A DNA stretch of 64,000 bases from Phycisphaeraceae bacterium (GTDB lineage: Bacteria > Planctomycetota > Phycisphaerae > Phycisphaerales > Phycisphaeraceae), in NCBI GenBank assembly GCA_963674705.1, contig OY771506.1, positions 544,001 through 608,000 of the forward strand. Direction: 5' to 3'. Below, one piece after another: positions 19,234-29,308 of the stretch; the first letter of the stretch is position 1; every line of letters starts with the position of its first letter. The translations under genes and the position numbers were made by a program. Below the pieces are notes generated by a model, which worked only from the letters and a program-made list of their open reading frames with translations, was not told the DNA's origin and searched no databases.

Positions 19234-20409
19234 TTATTTGGGATTCTGATCAGTATCCGCCAGAAGTTGTTTGCGGTAGGCGCTGGGCGTCTGGTCAGTA
19301 AACTTCACAAATATTTTGCGTAAATGTCCGCTGTCACGTAAGCCGCATGACTTAGCAATTTGGTGAATTGAAGTGTTCTTGTTGCCCAACATCTGCCGGG
19401 CGTGTTCGACCTTCAGCGCACAAATAAATTCATAGGGTGTTTGGTGGGTAGCTGCTTTTACACACTGTTCTAGCCGGCGTCTAGTAATACCCAGGTATCG
19501 AGCGAGTTCCTCGGCCCCGAAGGCTTCGTGTATATGTTCTCTGACGAATCGATACGCTCTTGTAACGTGTGGGTTGCTGAAAATTCCGATATCTGTTGAT
19601 TCTCCACAGACGATCTCGCCCGGTTGGACAACCGTATCAATCGGTATATCCATGCCGTTCATTAAAGCGTCAAGTACCTCTGCTGCCTTGTACCCGATCT
19701 GCGTACGATTGCATGGGATGCTTGTGAGAGTGGGCGAAGCGAATCTACACATCACTTCGTTGTTATCCACACCGACGATTGCGACTTCATCGGGTACTTT
19801 GAAGCCTAATTCCATGCAGGTATCAGCAACAATGCGTGCTCGTGCGTCGTTGGCTGCAAAGAGGCCCAAGGGCTTTGGCATCCGCCTGAGCCAGTTGCGT
19901 AATTCATCACTAACATCACACAGGATAAACTTATCCTGCAGGTTGGTGTCAGACATCAGCACTTCACAGACATGGGGAGCGATCACCTCGGAGAATCCAC
20001 GTAGGCGCTCTTCGGCATAGGGGGTGTCAATGATGCCATAGAACGCAAAATGCTCGAACCCACATGAGCGCAGATGCTCACCAGCGTACAATCCAATCTT
20101 CCAGTGATCCGCCCGCACGTAATGGATGCCTGCCTGTGGCGGTGCAATGCTCATCGAGACCAGAGGCATCCGAAGACGACGCGCCTGTTTGAGATCATCT
20201 TGCGATAAAATAACGCCAATCGCCCCCTCACCCTTCCAGTTCTGTAGAGATTTGAAGCTGATATTTGTGGCTTCAGTATTGACGATGAGGGACCAATTGG
20301 TGTGTGTACGTACATACTCTTTGATGCCCTGTAGGGTCCGATGCAGGTGTGCCAGACCGGCGGGGAACGCCAAGGCAACACGAGGATTTGTATGCTTAGG
20401 TGAACGCAT
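19234..20409 (-). CDS. XylR-type regulator (periplasmic-binding fold + AraC HTH)
   Basis: PKPLGLFAANDARA, VPDEVAIVGVDN, C-terminal IAKSCG...FVKFTDQTPSAYRK. Confidence 0.9.
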   Translation of the reverse strand: MRSPKHTNPRVALAFPAGLAHLHRTLQGIKEYVRTHTNWSLIVNTEATNISFKSLQNWKGEGAIGVILSQDDLKQARRLRMPLVSMSIAPPQAGIHYVRADHWKIGLYAGEHLRSCGFEHFAFYGIIDTPYAEERLRGFSEVIAPHVCEVLMSDTNLQDKFILCDVSDELRNWLRRMPKPLGLFAANDARARIVADTCMELGFKVPDEVAIVGVDNNEVMCRFASPTLTSIPCNRTQIGYKAAEVLDALMNGMDIPIDTVVQPGEIVCGESTDIGIFSNPHVTRAYRFVREHIHEAFGAEELARYLGITRRRLEQCVKAATHQTPYEFICALKVEHARQMLGNKNTSIHQIAKSCGLRDSGHLRKIFVKFTDQTPSAYRKQLLADTDQNPK

Positions 20410-20485
20410 GCAAATGTGCTCTATTGATTGATTATGACATCAGTGAGCCGGTCTTTGTTGCCTCAAAGTGAATTGGCCTCTTGGC

Positions 20486-20534
20486 CGTTTCGCAATTTAC
20501 ACCATCCCTGTTCGCACATAGCTACTAAAGCGAA
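20486..20534 (+). promoter_or_regulatory. Candidate XylR/AraC operator, copy 3 (inverted)
   Basis: Reverse complement TTCGCTTTAGTAGCTATGTGCGAAC-N17-CGAAACG; -10-like TACCAT at 20549-20554. Confidence 0.65.
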
Positions 20535-20614
20535 GCGACTTTATCAACTACCATGTCATTCGACAAGCAGAACTCCGTGCATTGAAGATTTTTTGTGTGA
20601 TAGATCGTAGTCCC

Positions 20615-21463
20615 ATGAACTTTAAAGCTGAAACTGATAGCCGGAAAAGATCGCTGGCATCCATTTTGCCTTCTCCGATCATCGCGGATGTGCCAGATTC
20701 TGGCGCAGTCGATCCGTTCCGACTTGAGAACCAAGTTGCCGTGGTGACAGGTGGTGGTACAGGACTTGGGTACGCGATCGCAGAATCGATCACCAATCTG
20801 GGGGGGCAAGTTGCTATTGTCGGTCGGCGTGAAGACGTGTTATACAACGCTTCCGATAGGCTAGGTAAGTCGGCGGTGTCAATAGTTGCCGATGTAACCA
20901 CCGGGGATGCGCAACAATCATTGTATGAACAGGTTGCGGAACACTTTGGCCCCCCAACGATCCTCGTGAATAATGCGGGCATCCACCTGAAACGCCCGGC
21001 TACTGAGACCCGCAACTGCGAGTTTTCTGAAGTATTGGAAACACATGCCACTGCGGCTTTTGCTTTGTCACGTGAGTTCGGTCGGCATATGGCAGCAGCG
21101 GGTTCGGGTTCTATCCTGTTCATCGCATCAATGGCTGCAGTGTTTGGCATACCGCAAGTGACCGCCTACTCAGCGGCCAAGTCTGCTCAACTGGGACTTG
21201 TCCGATCGTTGGCAGTAGAGCTTTCTCCACATGGTGTTCGCGTCAATGCTATCGCACCAGGGTGGATCGAAACCCCCATGTCTCGAAAAGCATTTGAAGG
21301 CGATCCCGATCGAAAGAGGCGCATTATTGACCGTACGCCTATGCGACGTCTTGGTTGCCCTGAAGAGGTCGGGCGTGTGGCGGCATTTCTCTGTTCTCCG
21401 GCCGCCAGTTTCATTTCCGGGGCTGTCCTTCATGTCGATGGTGGCGTCAGTATTGGATTCTAG
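20615..21463 (+). CDS. SDR oxidoreductase (gluconate 5-dehydrogenase-like)
   Basis: TGGGTGLG, NNAG, YSAAK, VDGG; start uncertain. Confidence 0.88.
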   Translation: MNFKAETDSRKRSLASILPSPIIADVPDSGAVDPFRLENQVAVVTGGGTGLGYAIAESITNLGGQVAIVGRREDVLYNASDRLGKSAVSIVADVTTGDAQQSLYEQVAEHFGPPTILVNNAGIHLKRPATETRNCEFSEVLETHATAAFALSREFGRHMAAAGSGSILFIASMAAVFGIPQVTAYSAAKSAQLGLVRSLAVELSPHGVRVNAIAPGWIETPMSRKAFEGDPDRKRRIIDRTPMRRLGCPEEVGRVAAFLCSPAASFISGAVLHVDGGVSIGF

Positions 21464-21495
21464 GCCCAATTCACTCCTTGGAGTTAGTTGACATC

Positions 21496-22554
21496 ATGAA
21501 AGTCGGCCTTGGCCTTTACCGCCGAATGCTCAACGACAGTAACTTCCAGTTTGCGCGTCAAGCGGGTTGCACACATATTGTTGCGCATCTAGTGGACTAC
21601 TTCCGTGAAGGGCGTGTACACAGCAGCGGCAGCAACCAGAATTGGGGCCACGCCGGTGATCCGAACCATCTCTGGACGCTAGAAGAGCTTGGCGATCTGA
21701 AACGCACAATCAACAAACACGGCCTTGAGTTGGCGGCCGTAGAAAACTTTGATCCGGCTCATTGGTATGACGTCTTGCTTGCAGGGCCAAGGCGAAGTCA
21801 GCAGCTTGAAGGGCTCAAGACCCTCATCCACCGGCTGGGGCAGGTCGGTATCCCCGTGATGGGTTATAACTTCAGCATCGCGGGTGTGTGGGCGCATCAG
21901 GAACTGCCTTGTGCGCGCGGCGGGGCGATGGCAGTTGGTTTTGATAATCCTGACAAGCAACCAGCCATCCCAAACGGAGATGTCTGGAACATGACATACG
22001 ATCCGAATGCTCCGGCAGGTAATATCGGTGCGGTAAGTGCAGAACAGCTATGGGAACGCCTGGGCGTATTCCTTGAAACGATCGTTCCCGTCGCAGAGCA
22101 AGCGGGTGTACGTCTTGCGGCACACCCGGATGACCCGCCCATGCCGACGCTGCGCAATACCGCACGGCTTGTGCACCAACCCGGACTGTACGATCGGCTC
22201 CTTGATATCGTACCAAGCCACGCAAACGCCTTGGAGTTCTGTATCGGGTCACTTGCTGAAATGACTGAAGGCGATGTCTATGAAGCGACCACGCATTACA
22301 CGAAACGCAACGCGATCGCTTACGTGCACCTGCGAAATGTAAGAGGTAAGGTCCCCAGTTATCGTGAAGTTTTTATCGATGAAGGTGACGTCGACATACT
22401 CCATATTCTCAAGTTGCTTCACGACAGCAATTACGACGGGGTGATCATCCCCGATCATACACCACAGATGGCCTGCGATGCACCTTGGCATGCGGGTATG
22501 GCCCATGCGATCGGTTATATTCGTGCCGGCATCCAGGCGGTGCAAGGCTCATAG
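21496..22554 (+). CDS. uxuA: Mannonate dehydratase family
   Basis: MGYNFS, ARGGA, AHPDDPP, VHLRNVRG, FIDEGD, IPDHTP. Confidence 0.88.
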   Translation: MKVGLGLYRRMLNDSNFQFARQAGCTHIVAHLVDYFREGRVHSSGSNQNWGHAGDPNHLWTLEELGDLKRTINKHGLELAAVENFDPAHWYDVLLAGPRRSQQLEGLKTLIHRLGQVGIPVMGYNFSIAGVWAHQELPCARGGAMAVGFDNPDKQPAIPNGDVWNMTYDPNAPAGNIGAVSAEQLWERLGVFLETIVPVAEQAGVRLAAHPDDPPMPTLRNTARLVHQPGLYDRLLDIVPSHANALEFCIGSLAEMTEGDVYEATTHYTKRNAIAYVHLRNVRGKVPSYREVFIDEGDVDILHILKLLHDSNYDGVIIPDHTPQMACDAPWHAGMAHAIGYIRAGIQAVQGS

Positions 22555-22575
22555 TTCTGGATCAAGGATTACTTC

Positions 22576-25500
22576 ATGCGATTGATATTGACAGCCTTTT
22601 GCTTACTACTGCTCGCGGTCACCACCACGAGCAGCCATGCTCTAGAAATTTCAAATTCTGCCCATTCCAGCGCATTTCCACTCGTTGACAAGGATGTAGC
22701 CGCCACGTTATTGGTAGATCCAGACGAACCGGATGTTGTTAAAGAAGTCGCGGCGATAGCATTTGCTCAGGATGTACAACGCGTAACTGGCATCAAGCCT
22801 CAACTTCAACTTGTCAACGCCTGGAACATCAGCCGACCAACTGTCATCATCGGAACGCTCGGGCACAGCGACCTCATCAAGAAATTCGTCGATGAAGGTG
22901 CATTGGATGTTTCCGACCTGCAAGGGCAATGGGAATCATTCAAGCTGGCACAGATCCACAGCGACGATACCCCTGGGGCTGACGTGCTCGTCATCGTCGG
23001 CAGTGATCGACGCGGCACCGCCTACGGCGTCTTCGAACTCAGCCGTGCGATCGGTGTCTCGCCCTGGTATTGGTGGGCGGATGTACCGGTAAAACAGCAC
23101 GAGCAACTACATATAACCACCGATGGGCATCGCATCGGACCGCCGACCGTCAAGTACCGCGGCATCTTCCTGAACGATGAAGACTGGGGCCTGCAGCCCT
23201 GGGCCGCCAAGACGTATGAACCTGAAACAGGTGACATCGGTCCCAAAACCTACGCCGCCATTTTCGAACTCTTGTTGCGCTTGAAAGCGAACTATATCTG
23301 GCCCGCCATGCACCCTTCCACAAGGGCGTTCAATTACTACTCCGACAACAAAATTGTCGCCGACCGCTACGCCATCATCATGGGGTCCAGTCATGCCGAA
23401 CCGATGTTGCGTAATAACGTGGATGAATGGGCGCGGGATGGCTCAGGTGATTGGAACTACGTCACCAACCGCGAGGCTGTGCTGAAGTACTGGGATGAAC
23501 GGGTCAGGCAGAACGGACAATACGAGAATATCTACACCATCGGCATGCGCGGCATTCATGACAGCAGCATGGTGGGCGGCGGCAGCATACAGGATAGAGT
23601 CAATCGGATGCATGATATCTTCGCCCAACAGCGGAAGATGCTGCAACGCCACATCGGCAAGCCCGCCGAACAGATCCCGCAGGTGTTCGTGCCCTACAAG
23701 GAAGTACTCGCGATTTACAATGCGGGGCTTGAGGTCCCCCAGGATGTCATCATGGGTTGGGTCGATGATAACTTCGGCTACATCCGCAAGCTTTCCAATG
23801 CCGAGGAGCGCAAGCGTTCCGGCGGCGCGGGTGTGTATTATCACATTTCGTACTGGGGGCAGCCCCACGATTACCTATGGATCGAATCCACCCCACCCGG
23901 GCTTATCTGGGAGGAGATGACAAAAGCACGAGAGTATGGTGCCGACCGGCTCTGGGTTAACAATGTTGGTGACATCAAGCCTTGCGAACTGGGTATGGAC
24001 TGGTTCTTGCGCCTGGCATGGGATACCGACCGATACGGCCCCACCGATGCGCATCGCGGTCTCGTCGATTTCTTCCGAGAGAGCTTTGGTGATGAGCACG
24101 CCGAAGCGATGGCCGATGTTATGACCGAGTACTACCAACTTAACCACCCCCGCAAACCCGAGTTCATGGGCTGGAGCACTGTGTACCCGACGACGGGTGT
24201 GCGGGATAGCGATTTATCACACTGGGCGCACGGCGACGAGGCTCAGCGACGAGTTGATGCCTTCGACGCGTTGCAGGCGCGTGCCGAAGCCATCGGCGAG
24301 CAATTACCTGAGATTTACCACGATGCCTACTTCGAGTTGGTCATCTACCCCGTGCAAGGTGCGGCGGACATGAACCGTAAACATATCTACGCCGAAAAGA
24401 GCCGGTTCCTGGCACAACACAACTGGCCCGCCGCCAACGAATATGCACAGTTATCACATGAAGCCAACGAACGTATTAAGCAGAGCACACGCCGGTACAA
24501 CGAAGAGCTTGCTGGTGGGAAGTGGCGTGGGATGATGTCGATGGACCCGCGTGGCTTAGCCGTGTTCCAGATGCCGCCTGTAGGCACGGTGAAAACGACC
24601 AGTACACCGGGTTTGGCTGTCCGTGTGGAAGGCAAGAGCATCCCCGCAGTGGCAACTAATTCCGAGCCATCTACTTCCGATAGGGTGCCCCAGCCGGTGC
24701 GCCTCGACGCCGGGAAAGCCAAAATCAACGGCAAGTTGGAACGTGTTGATACACCCAAAGGACCGGCCATCACCTTGGCCGATGACGGAACCGACCGTGT
24801 ACAGCAGGCCAATGGGCCCTCTCGTGCCGCGTTCAACTTCAAAGTCGCCACCGCTGGCAAGTACACGCTCAGGCTTGAAGTCATGCACCTCAACGACAAC
24901 GCCGATTCCTGGCACATTGCGATCGATCACAACGAGCCGATTACCTGGAACGACAACCAAACCGGAGAGGCATGGCAATGGTTCGACGTCACCGAAGCCA
25001 CCATGTCGGCAGGCAGCCACCAAGTGACCGTGATCGCACGCGAGGACGGGGCACAGTTGCGAGCCATCGCGCTGGTACCCGCAAATACCCCTGCCGCCCT
25101 GGCCGATCTGGCGCTGACCGACCAGCCTAACCAGTTACCTGTACTCAACCGCTACACCCAACGAGAAGCTTTCATTGATCTCTACAACACCGGTAACGGA
25201 TCGGCCCGTTGGAAAGCCGAAGCAAGCGAATCGTGGGTAGAGTTAACCCAGAGCGAAGGCGATGTCGAAACACATCAACGCATCCGCGTGGCGGTAGACT
25301 TCGGCCGGGCACCTAGACAGGACCACCTTACCGCCACGATTGTATTGCATGGCCCCAATTCGCACTACCGGTTAAAGTTGCCCATCGAGAATCCTGATGT
25401 CGACATCATGCCGGGCACGTTCATCCGTGAAAACAACGTGGTGTCCATTGATGCCGAACATTTTCAAGACAACGTACCAGGCGCTGGTAACATTACATGG

Positions 25501-25968
25501 CGCATCATCGATGGTGTGGGCTACTCGGGGGTCTGTGTGGGCTTGTTCCCCCGTTTGGTGCCCGAAGAAGTCAAACTCGTGGCTGGCACGAATGCGCCGA
25601 CGATTACCTACCCCCTTTATCTGTCCGAAGGCGGTTCAGCCACGGTTACCCTGCAGGCCTTGCCTACACACGAGATCACTGAGGACCATAGCCTGGTCTG
25701 CGCGATATCGATCGACGATGGCCAACCACAGATGCTATCCTTCAAGCATGGCAACCATGAGCGTGACGGTGTGTGGAAACACAATATCCTGCGCAATGCC
25801 ATGACAGCGTCAACGACTGTACTTATACCCAAAGGTACGCATACTCTGACAATCTATGGCATTGACCCCAGCATCGTCTTGGATCGTATTTCGATTACAT
25901 TTGGTAACGCTGCGCCAGCCTATCAAGGACCGCGCGAAACTCGTGTATCAACACCGACTCAATCCTGA
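22576..25968 (+). CDS. GH115 alpha-glucuronidase with internal CBM-like insert
   Basis: GSDRRGTAYG, GVSPWYWWADVP, YRGIFLNDEDW, LLRLKANYIWPAMH, SHAEPM, DDNFGY, GVYYH, NVGDIKP; signal peptide. Confidence 0.92.
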   Translation: MRLILTAFCLLLLAVTTTSSHALEISNSAHSSAFPLVDKDVAATLLVDPDEPDVVKEVAAIAFAQDVQRVTGIKPQLQLVNAWNISRPTVIIGTLGHSDLIKKFVDEGALDVSDLQGQWESFKLAQIHSDDTPGADVLVIVGSDRRGTAYGVFELSRAIGVSPWYWWADVPVKQHEQLHITTDGHRIGPPTVKYRGIFLNDEDWGLQPWAAKTYEPETGDIGPKTYAAIFELLLRLKANYIWPAMHPSTRAFNYYSDNKIVADRYAIIMGSSHAEPMLRNNVDEWARDGSGDWNYVTNREAVLKYWDERVRQNGQYENIYTIGMRGIHDSSMVGGGSIQDRVNRMHDIFAQQRKMLQRHIGKPAEQIPQVFVPYKEVLAIYNAGLEVPQDVIMGWVDDNFGYIRKLSNAEERKRSGGAGVYYHISYWGQPHDYLWIESTPPGLIWEEMTKAREYGADRLWVNNVGDIKPCELGMDWFLRLAWDTDRYGPTDAHRGLVDFFRESFGDEHAEAMADVMTEYYQLNHPRKPEFMGWSTVYPTTGVRDSDLSHWAHGDEAQRRVDAFDALQARAEAIGEQLPEIYHDAYFELVIYPVQGAADMNRKHIYAEKSRFLAQHNWPAANEYAQLSHEANERIKQSTRRYNEELAGGKWRGMMSMDPRGLAVFQMPPVGTVKTTSTPGLAVRVEGKSIPAVATNSEPSTSDRVPQPVRLDAGKAKINGKLERVDTPKGPAITLADDGTDRVQQANGPSRAAFNFKVATAGKYTLRLEVMHLNDNADSWHIAIDHNEPITWNDNQTGEAWQWFDVTEATMSAGSHQVTVIAREDGAQLRAIALVPANTPAALADLALTDQPNQLPVLNRYTQREAFIDLYNTGNGSARWKAEASESWVELTQSEGDVETHQRIRVAVDFGRAPRQDHLTATIVLHGPNSHYRLKLPIENPDVDIMPGTFIRENNVVSIDAEHFQDNVPGAGNITWRIIDGVGYSGVCVGLFPRLVPEEVKLVAGTNAPTITYPLYLSEGGSATVTLQALPTHEITEDHSLVCAISIDDGQPQMLSFKHGNHERDGVWKHNILRNAMTASTTVLIPKGTHTLTIYGIDPSIVLDRISITFGNAAPAYQGPRETRVSTPTQS

Positions 25969-25987
25969 GATTACACCGAGAACCGTC

Positions 25988-26998
25988 ATGGATAAAAAGT
26001 CGGTCTCATTCCTGTTCGTTGGTTTACTGTGTGGAACATTGGCAGCGTCGATTGGGTTTGCCTTCGGTCTATCACGTAGCGGTCAATCTGAGCACCACAC
26101 CGTGTTACGCTTGGCACACGCGCTTCCCGAAACACATCCGGTTCACGCAGGCATCCTGCATATGAAGGAACGCCTCACAGAATTATCTGGCGGATCGGTC
26201 GAGTTAAAAATTATCCCGAATGGCTTGCTCGGAAACGAGACCGCCTGCCTCGAGCAGGTCCAGAAGGGAACACTGGATATTACCAAGATCTCCACCGCAC
26301 CAATGGAGGCCTTCGTCCCAGCGATGCAGGTGTTCGGCCTACCCTACATTTTCCGTGATCACGACCACTACTGGAGAACATTAGACGGCCGGATCGGACA
26401 GGAACTCCTCTTAGCCGGCCAAGACAAGGGCCTGCGCGGCCTCTGCTACTTTGACGCCGGCACACGCAACTTCTACACCACAACCAAGCCCGTCCTGTCC
26501 CCAGACGATTTAGTTGGTATGAAAATCCGTGTCCAACGGAGCGACGTCGCGATGCAGATGATCAGTACACTTGGCGGCTCGCCAACACCGATCCCGTGGA
26601 ATGAGTTGTATACCGCACTTCAACAGGGCATGGTCGATGGCGCAGAGAATAACCCACCTAGCTACATTCAAAGCCACCATTATGAGGTCGCCAAGCACTT
26701 CGTTTTTAACAAACACACCCGCGTGCCGGACATCCTGGTGATCAACGCCGAGAGGTACGAGGCCTTACCGACCGAGGTTCAGACATGGCTTACCCAGGCC
26801 GCACAGGAAGCCAGTGTATTCCAACGAAATCTCTGGAAGACAAAGTCCAAGGAGGCCATCGAATTCGCAGAAAGTCAGGGCGTTGCAATCTACACGCCGG
26901 ACTTGGACCCATTCATCGAGAAGGTCACCCCGATGTATGACGCGATAGAAAACGAATCCGTGAAGATCACACTCGAGCGCATACGAGGTGTCGAATAG
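25988..26998 (+). CDS. dctP: TRAP transporter substrate-binding protein
   Basis: HPVH, GMKIRV, ELYTALQQGMVDGAENN, HYEVAK. Confidence 0.92.
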   Translation: MDKKSVSFLFVGLLCGTLAASIGFAFGLSRSGQSEHHTVLRLAHALPETHPVHAGILHMKERLTELSGGSVELKIIPNGLLGNETACLEQVQKGTLDITKISTAPMEAFVPAMQVFGLPYIFRDHDHYWRTLDGRIGQELLLAGQDKGLRGLCYFDAGTRNFYTTTKPVLSPDDLVGMKIRVQRSDVAMQMISTLGGSPTPIPWNELYTALQQGMVDGAENNPPSYIQSHHYEVAKHFVFNKHTRVPDILVINAERYEALPTEVQTWLTQAAQEASVFQRNLWKTKSKEAIEFAESQGVAIYTPDLDPFIEKVTPMYDAIENESVKITLERIRGVE

Positions 26999-27520
26999 AT
27001 GTTGACCTTACTGACCATAATCACCCGCATTCTTACCCGGATACTGGAATGCGTTGTGATCCTGGCGGTGGCGATGCTCGCGATTGACGTCCTCTGGGGT
27101 GTTTTTTCCCGCTATGTGCTTGGTAATCAGAGCACGTGGACCGAACCGTTGGCGACCACATTGCTGGTTTGGGTATCGCTGCTGGGTGGGGCTCTGGCCT
27201 ACGGAGATCGCTCGCACCTGGGCGTTGACTACTTCGTCAACCTGCTTGACCCGGATGCACGAAGGTTAAACCGGGTCCTGGTTCAACTGTTTGTGATTGG
27301 TTTCTCGCTGCTGGTCATGGTTTGGGGCGGCTGGTGCCTGGTGGCTGAACGTCTCGCTTCGGGACAGATCGTACAAGGTTTGTTTGGTCTGCCTCGCGGT
27401 TACGTTTACCTCGCAGTGCCGATCAGCGGTGTGTTCATCACTATCTACGCTGTCGCCCAACTCAGCCAGGCCTTGAAAGGCGAAAAAACTACCTTCGATC
27501 AAGATTTGCAGGAAGTGTAA
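26999..27520 (+). CDS. dctQ: TRAP transporter small permease
   Basis: Four hydrophobic segments, SRYV, WTE, HLGVD. Confidence 0.9.
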   Translation: MLTLLTIITRILTRILECVVILAVAMLAIDVLWGVFSRYVLGNQSTWTEPLATTLLVWVSLLGGALAYGDRSHLGVDYFVNLLDPDARRLNRVLVQLFVIGFSLLVMVWGGWCLVAERLASGQIVQGLFGLPRGYVYLAVPISGVFITIYAVAQLSQALKGEKTTFDQDLQEV

Positions 27521-27523
27521 GCC

Positions 27524-28897
27524 GTGGAAGTCGAAGCAGTCCTCCTGATCGTCGTGTTCGTCACGTGTCTGTTAATGGACGTGCCGATTGCTTTTGCGAT
27601 CGCAGTTGCAACATTCACTGCGATTCTGGCGCTAGGCGAAGTTTCTACTGAACAACAGGTCGCTTGGAAGATGGCCGAAGGCATCGAGAGCTTCCCGCTG
27701 CTGGCGATCCCGTTCTTTATCCTCGCCGGTAACCTGATGGGTGAGGGCGGCATGGCTAAACGTTTGATGAACCTGGCCAGCTCGCTACTGGGCTGGTTGC
27801 CAGGTGGATTAGCCTATGTCAACACACTCACCTGTATGCTCTTCGGGTCGATCTCCGGTTCCGCTGCCGCGGCGATTTCCTCGATCGGCGGGTTCATGAT
27901 CCCCGAGATGAAGCAGCGGGGATACCACAAAGACTTCTCCACCGCACTGACCACCACCGCTGCGACCACCGGCCTGCTGATCCCACCGTCAAATATCATG
28001 ATCGTCTATGCGGCAGTTGCAGAGAGCACTTCCGTCGCAGCAATATTTATGGCCGGCGTGCTACCCGGTATCGTAGTCGGACTGTTGATTATGGCCGTGT
28101 GCTTGATTTTAAGCATCACAGCTAAGTACGGGGCTGGTGATTGGCCAGGCATAAAACAACTACTCAGAGACGTTGTGTGGGCTACTCCAAGCCTTCTACT
28201 GATATTGATTGTCATTGGCGGGATACTCGGCGGGATATTCAGTGCCACCGAGGCCGCAGCTATTGCCGTCATCTACGCGTTCTTTATCCCGGCTATGCAC
28301 TGGGGATTAGAATGCATTTCCCAAGCGCTTCATGACAAGACGTTGTATGAGATCAGCATAATCGACGACGCCGTCGTCCGATCTCGAGCATGGCTCATAA
28401 AAATGCCGGATATCCTACTTAAAACCGGCAAAACCAATGCCATCGTCATGTTGCTGATCGGTGCAAGCCAAGCGATGGGCTGGTTCCTCAACTTCGAGCA
28501 GATCCCTCAACAGATTAGTACCAGATTGTTAGCTATATCCGACAATCCGATCGTGATCCTGCTGATCATCAACCTGGTACTGCTAGTAGTCGGAACATTC
28601 TTGGACATGACACCAGCAGTGTTGATCTTTACACCCATCTTTCTGCCCGTGGTGGTTAAACTTGGCATGCATCCTGTGCACTTCGGAATTGTGATGATCG
28701 CCAATTTATGCATCGGGCTATGTACACCGCCGGTTGGAACATGCCTGTTCCTCGGATGTTCGGTAGGAAATACAACAATCGCACGTGTCTCACGTTCTAT
28801 GCTTCCTTTCTATTTAGCAATGTTAATTGCACTACTATTGATCACTTTCATCCCATCACTGGCAATGTGGCTACCGGCCTTGTTGGAGCAGATCTAA
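27524..28897 (+). CDS. dctM: TRAP transporter large permease
   Basis: LLAIPFFILAG, SGSA, IPPS, ATEAA, TPPVG. Confidence 0.93.
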   Translation: MEVEAVLLIVVFVTCLLMDVPIAFAIAVATFTAILALGEVSTEQQVAWKMAEGIESFPLLAIPFFILAGNLMGEGGMAKRLMNLASSLLGWLPGGLAYVNTLTCMLFGSISGSAAAAISSIGGFMIPEMKQRGYHKDFSTALTTTAATTGLLIPPSNIMIVYAAVAESTSVAAIFMAGVLPGIVVGLLIMAVCLILSITAKYGAGDWPGIKQLLRDVVWATPSLLLILIVIGGILGGIFSATEAAAIAVIYAFFIPAMHWGLECISQALHDKTLYEISIIDDAVVRSRAWLIKMPDILLKTGKTNAIVMLLIGASQAMGWFLNFEQIPQQISTRLLAISDNPIVILLIINLVLLVVGTFLDMTPAVLIFTPIFLPVVVKLGMHPVHFGIVMIANLCIGLCTPPVGTCLFLGCSVGNTTIARVSRSMLPFYLAMLIALLLITFIPSLAMWLPALLEQI

Positions 28898-29041
28898 ATG
28901 TAGGCCAAGAATGTCTCTGTGTCTGGAATGGCCATATTGTCTCGTATTTTCACGTAAATACTGATTTATAACATCTCAATCCTATCACTACTGTCAGCCA
29001 TTGAAATCAGGTAATCGATTCGCAAGATCCCAGTCAGGATC

Positions 29042-29308
29042 ATGAAGCGGGACGGACAGGTTCTCGACGAAGATGGCGTGTACAGGAAGTTCATGGGCAG
29101 CCACGTCAAGAGCTTCGACATGACCGATCCCGGCCGACTTCGCTTTTTCGACATCTTTGCCAATCGCCTCAACACCCGACGGGCCATCCGCGAGATTGTG
29201 ATCCCGGAGATTAATTTGCTTAGAGATGAGGTTGGTGACCTGCGAGAGCTGGTCCAGCGGCTCGTCGAACTTTTTCAAAAGAAAAATGGTGACTTGGATG
29301 ATCAGTGA
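29042..29308 (+). CDS. Hypothetical protein or gene fragment
   Basis: 88-aa ORF with coiled-coil-like C-terminus, convergent on Fic gene; no motif recognised. Confidence 0.35.
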   Translation: MKRDGQVLDEDGVYRKFMGSHVKSFDMTDPGRLRFFDIFANRLNTRRAIREIVIPEINLLRDEVGDLRELVQRLVELFQKKNGDLDDQ

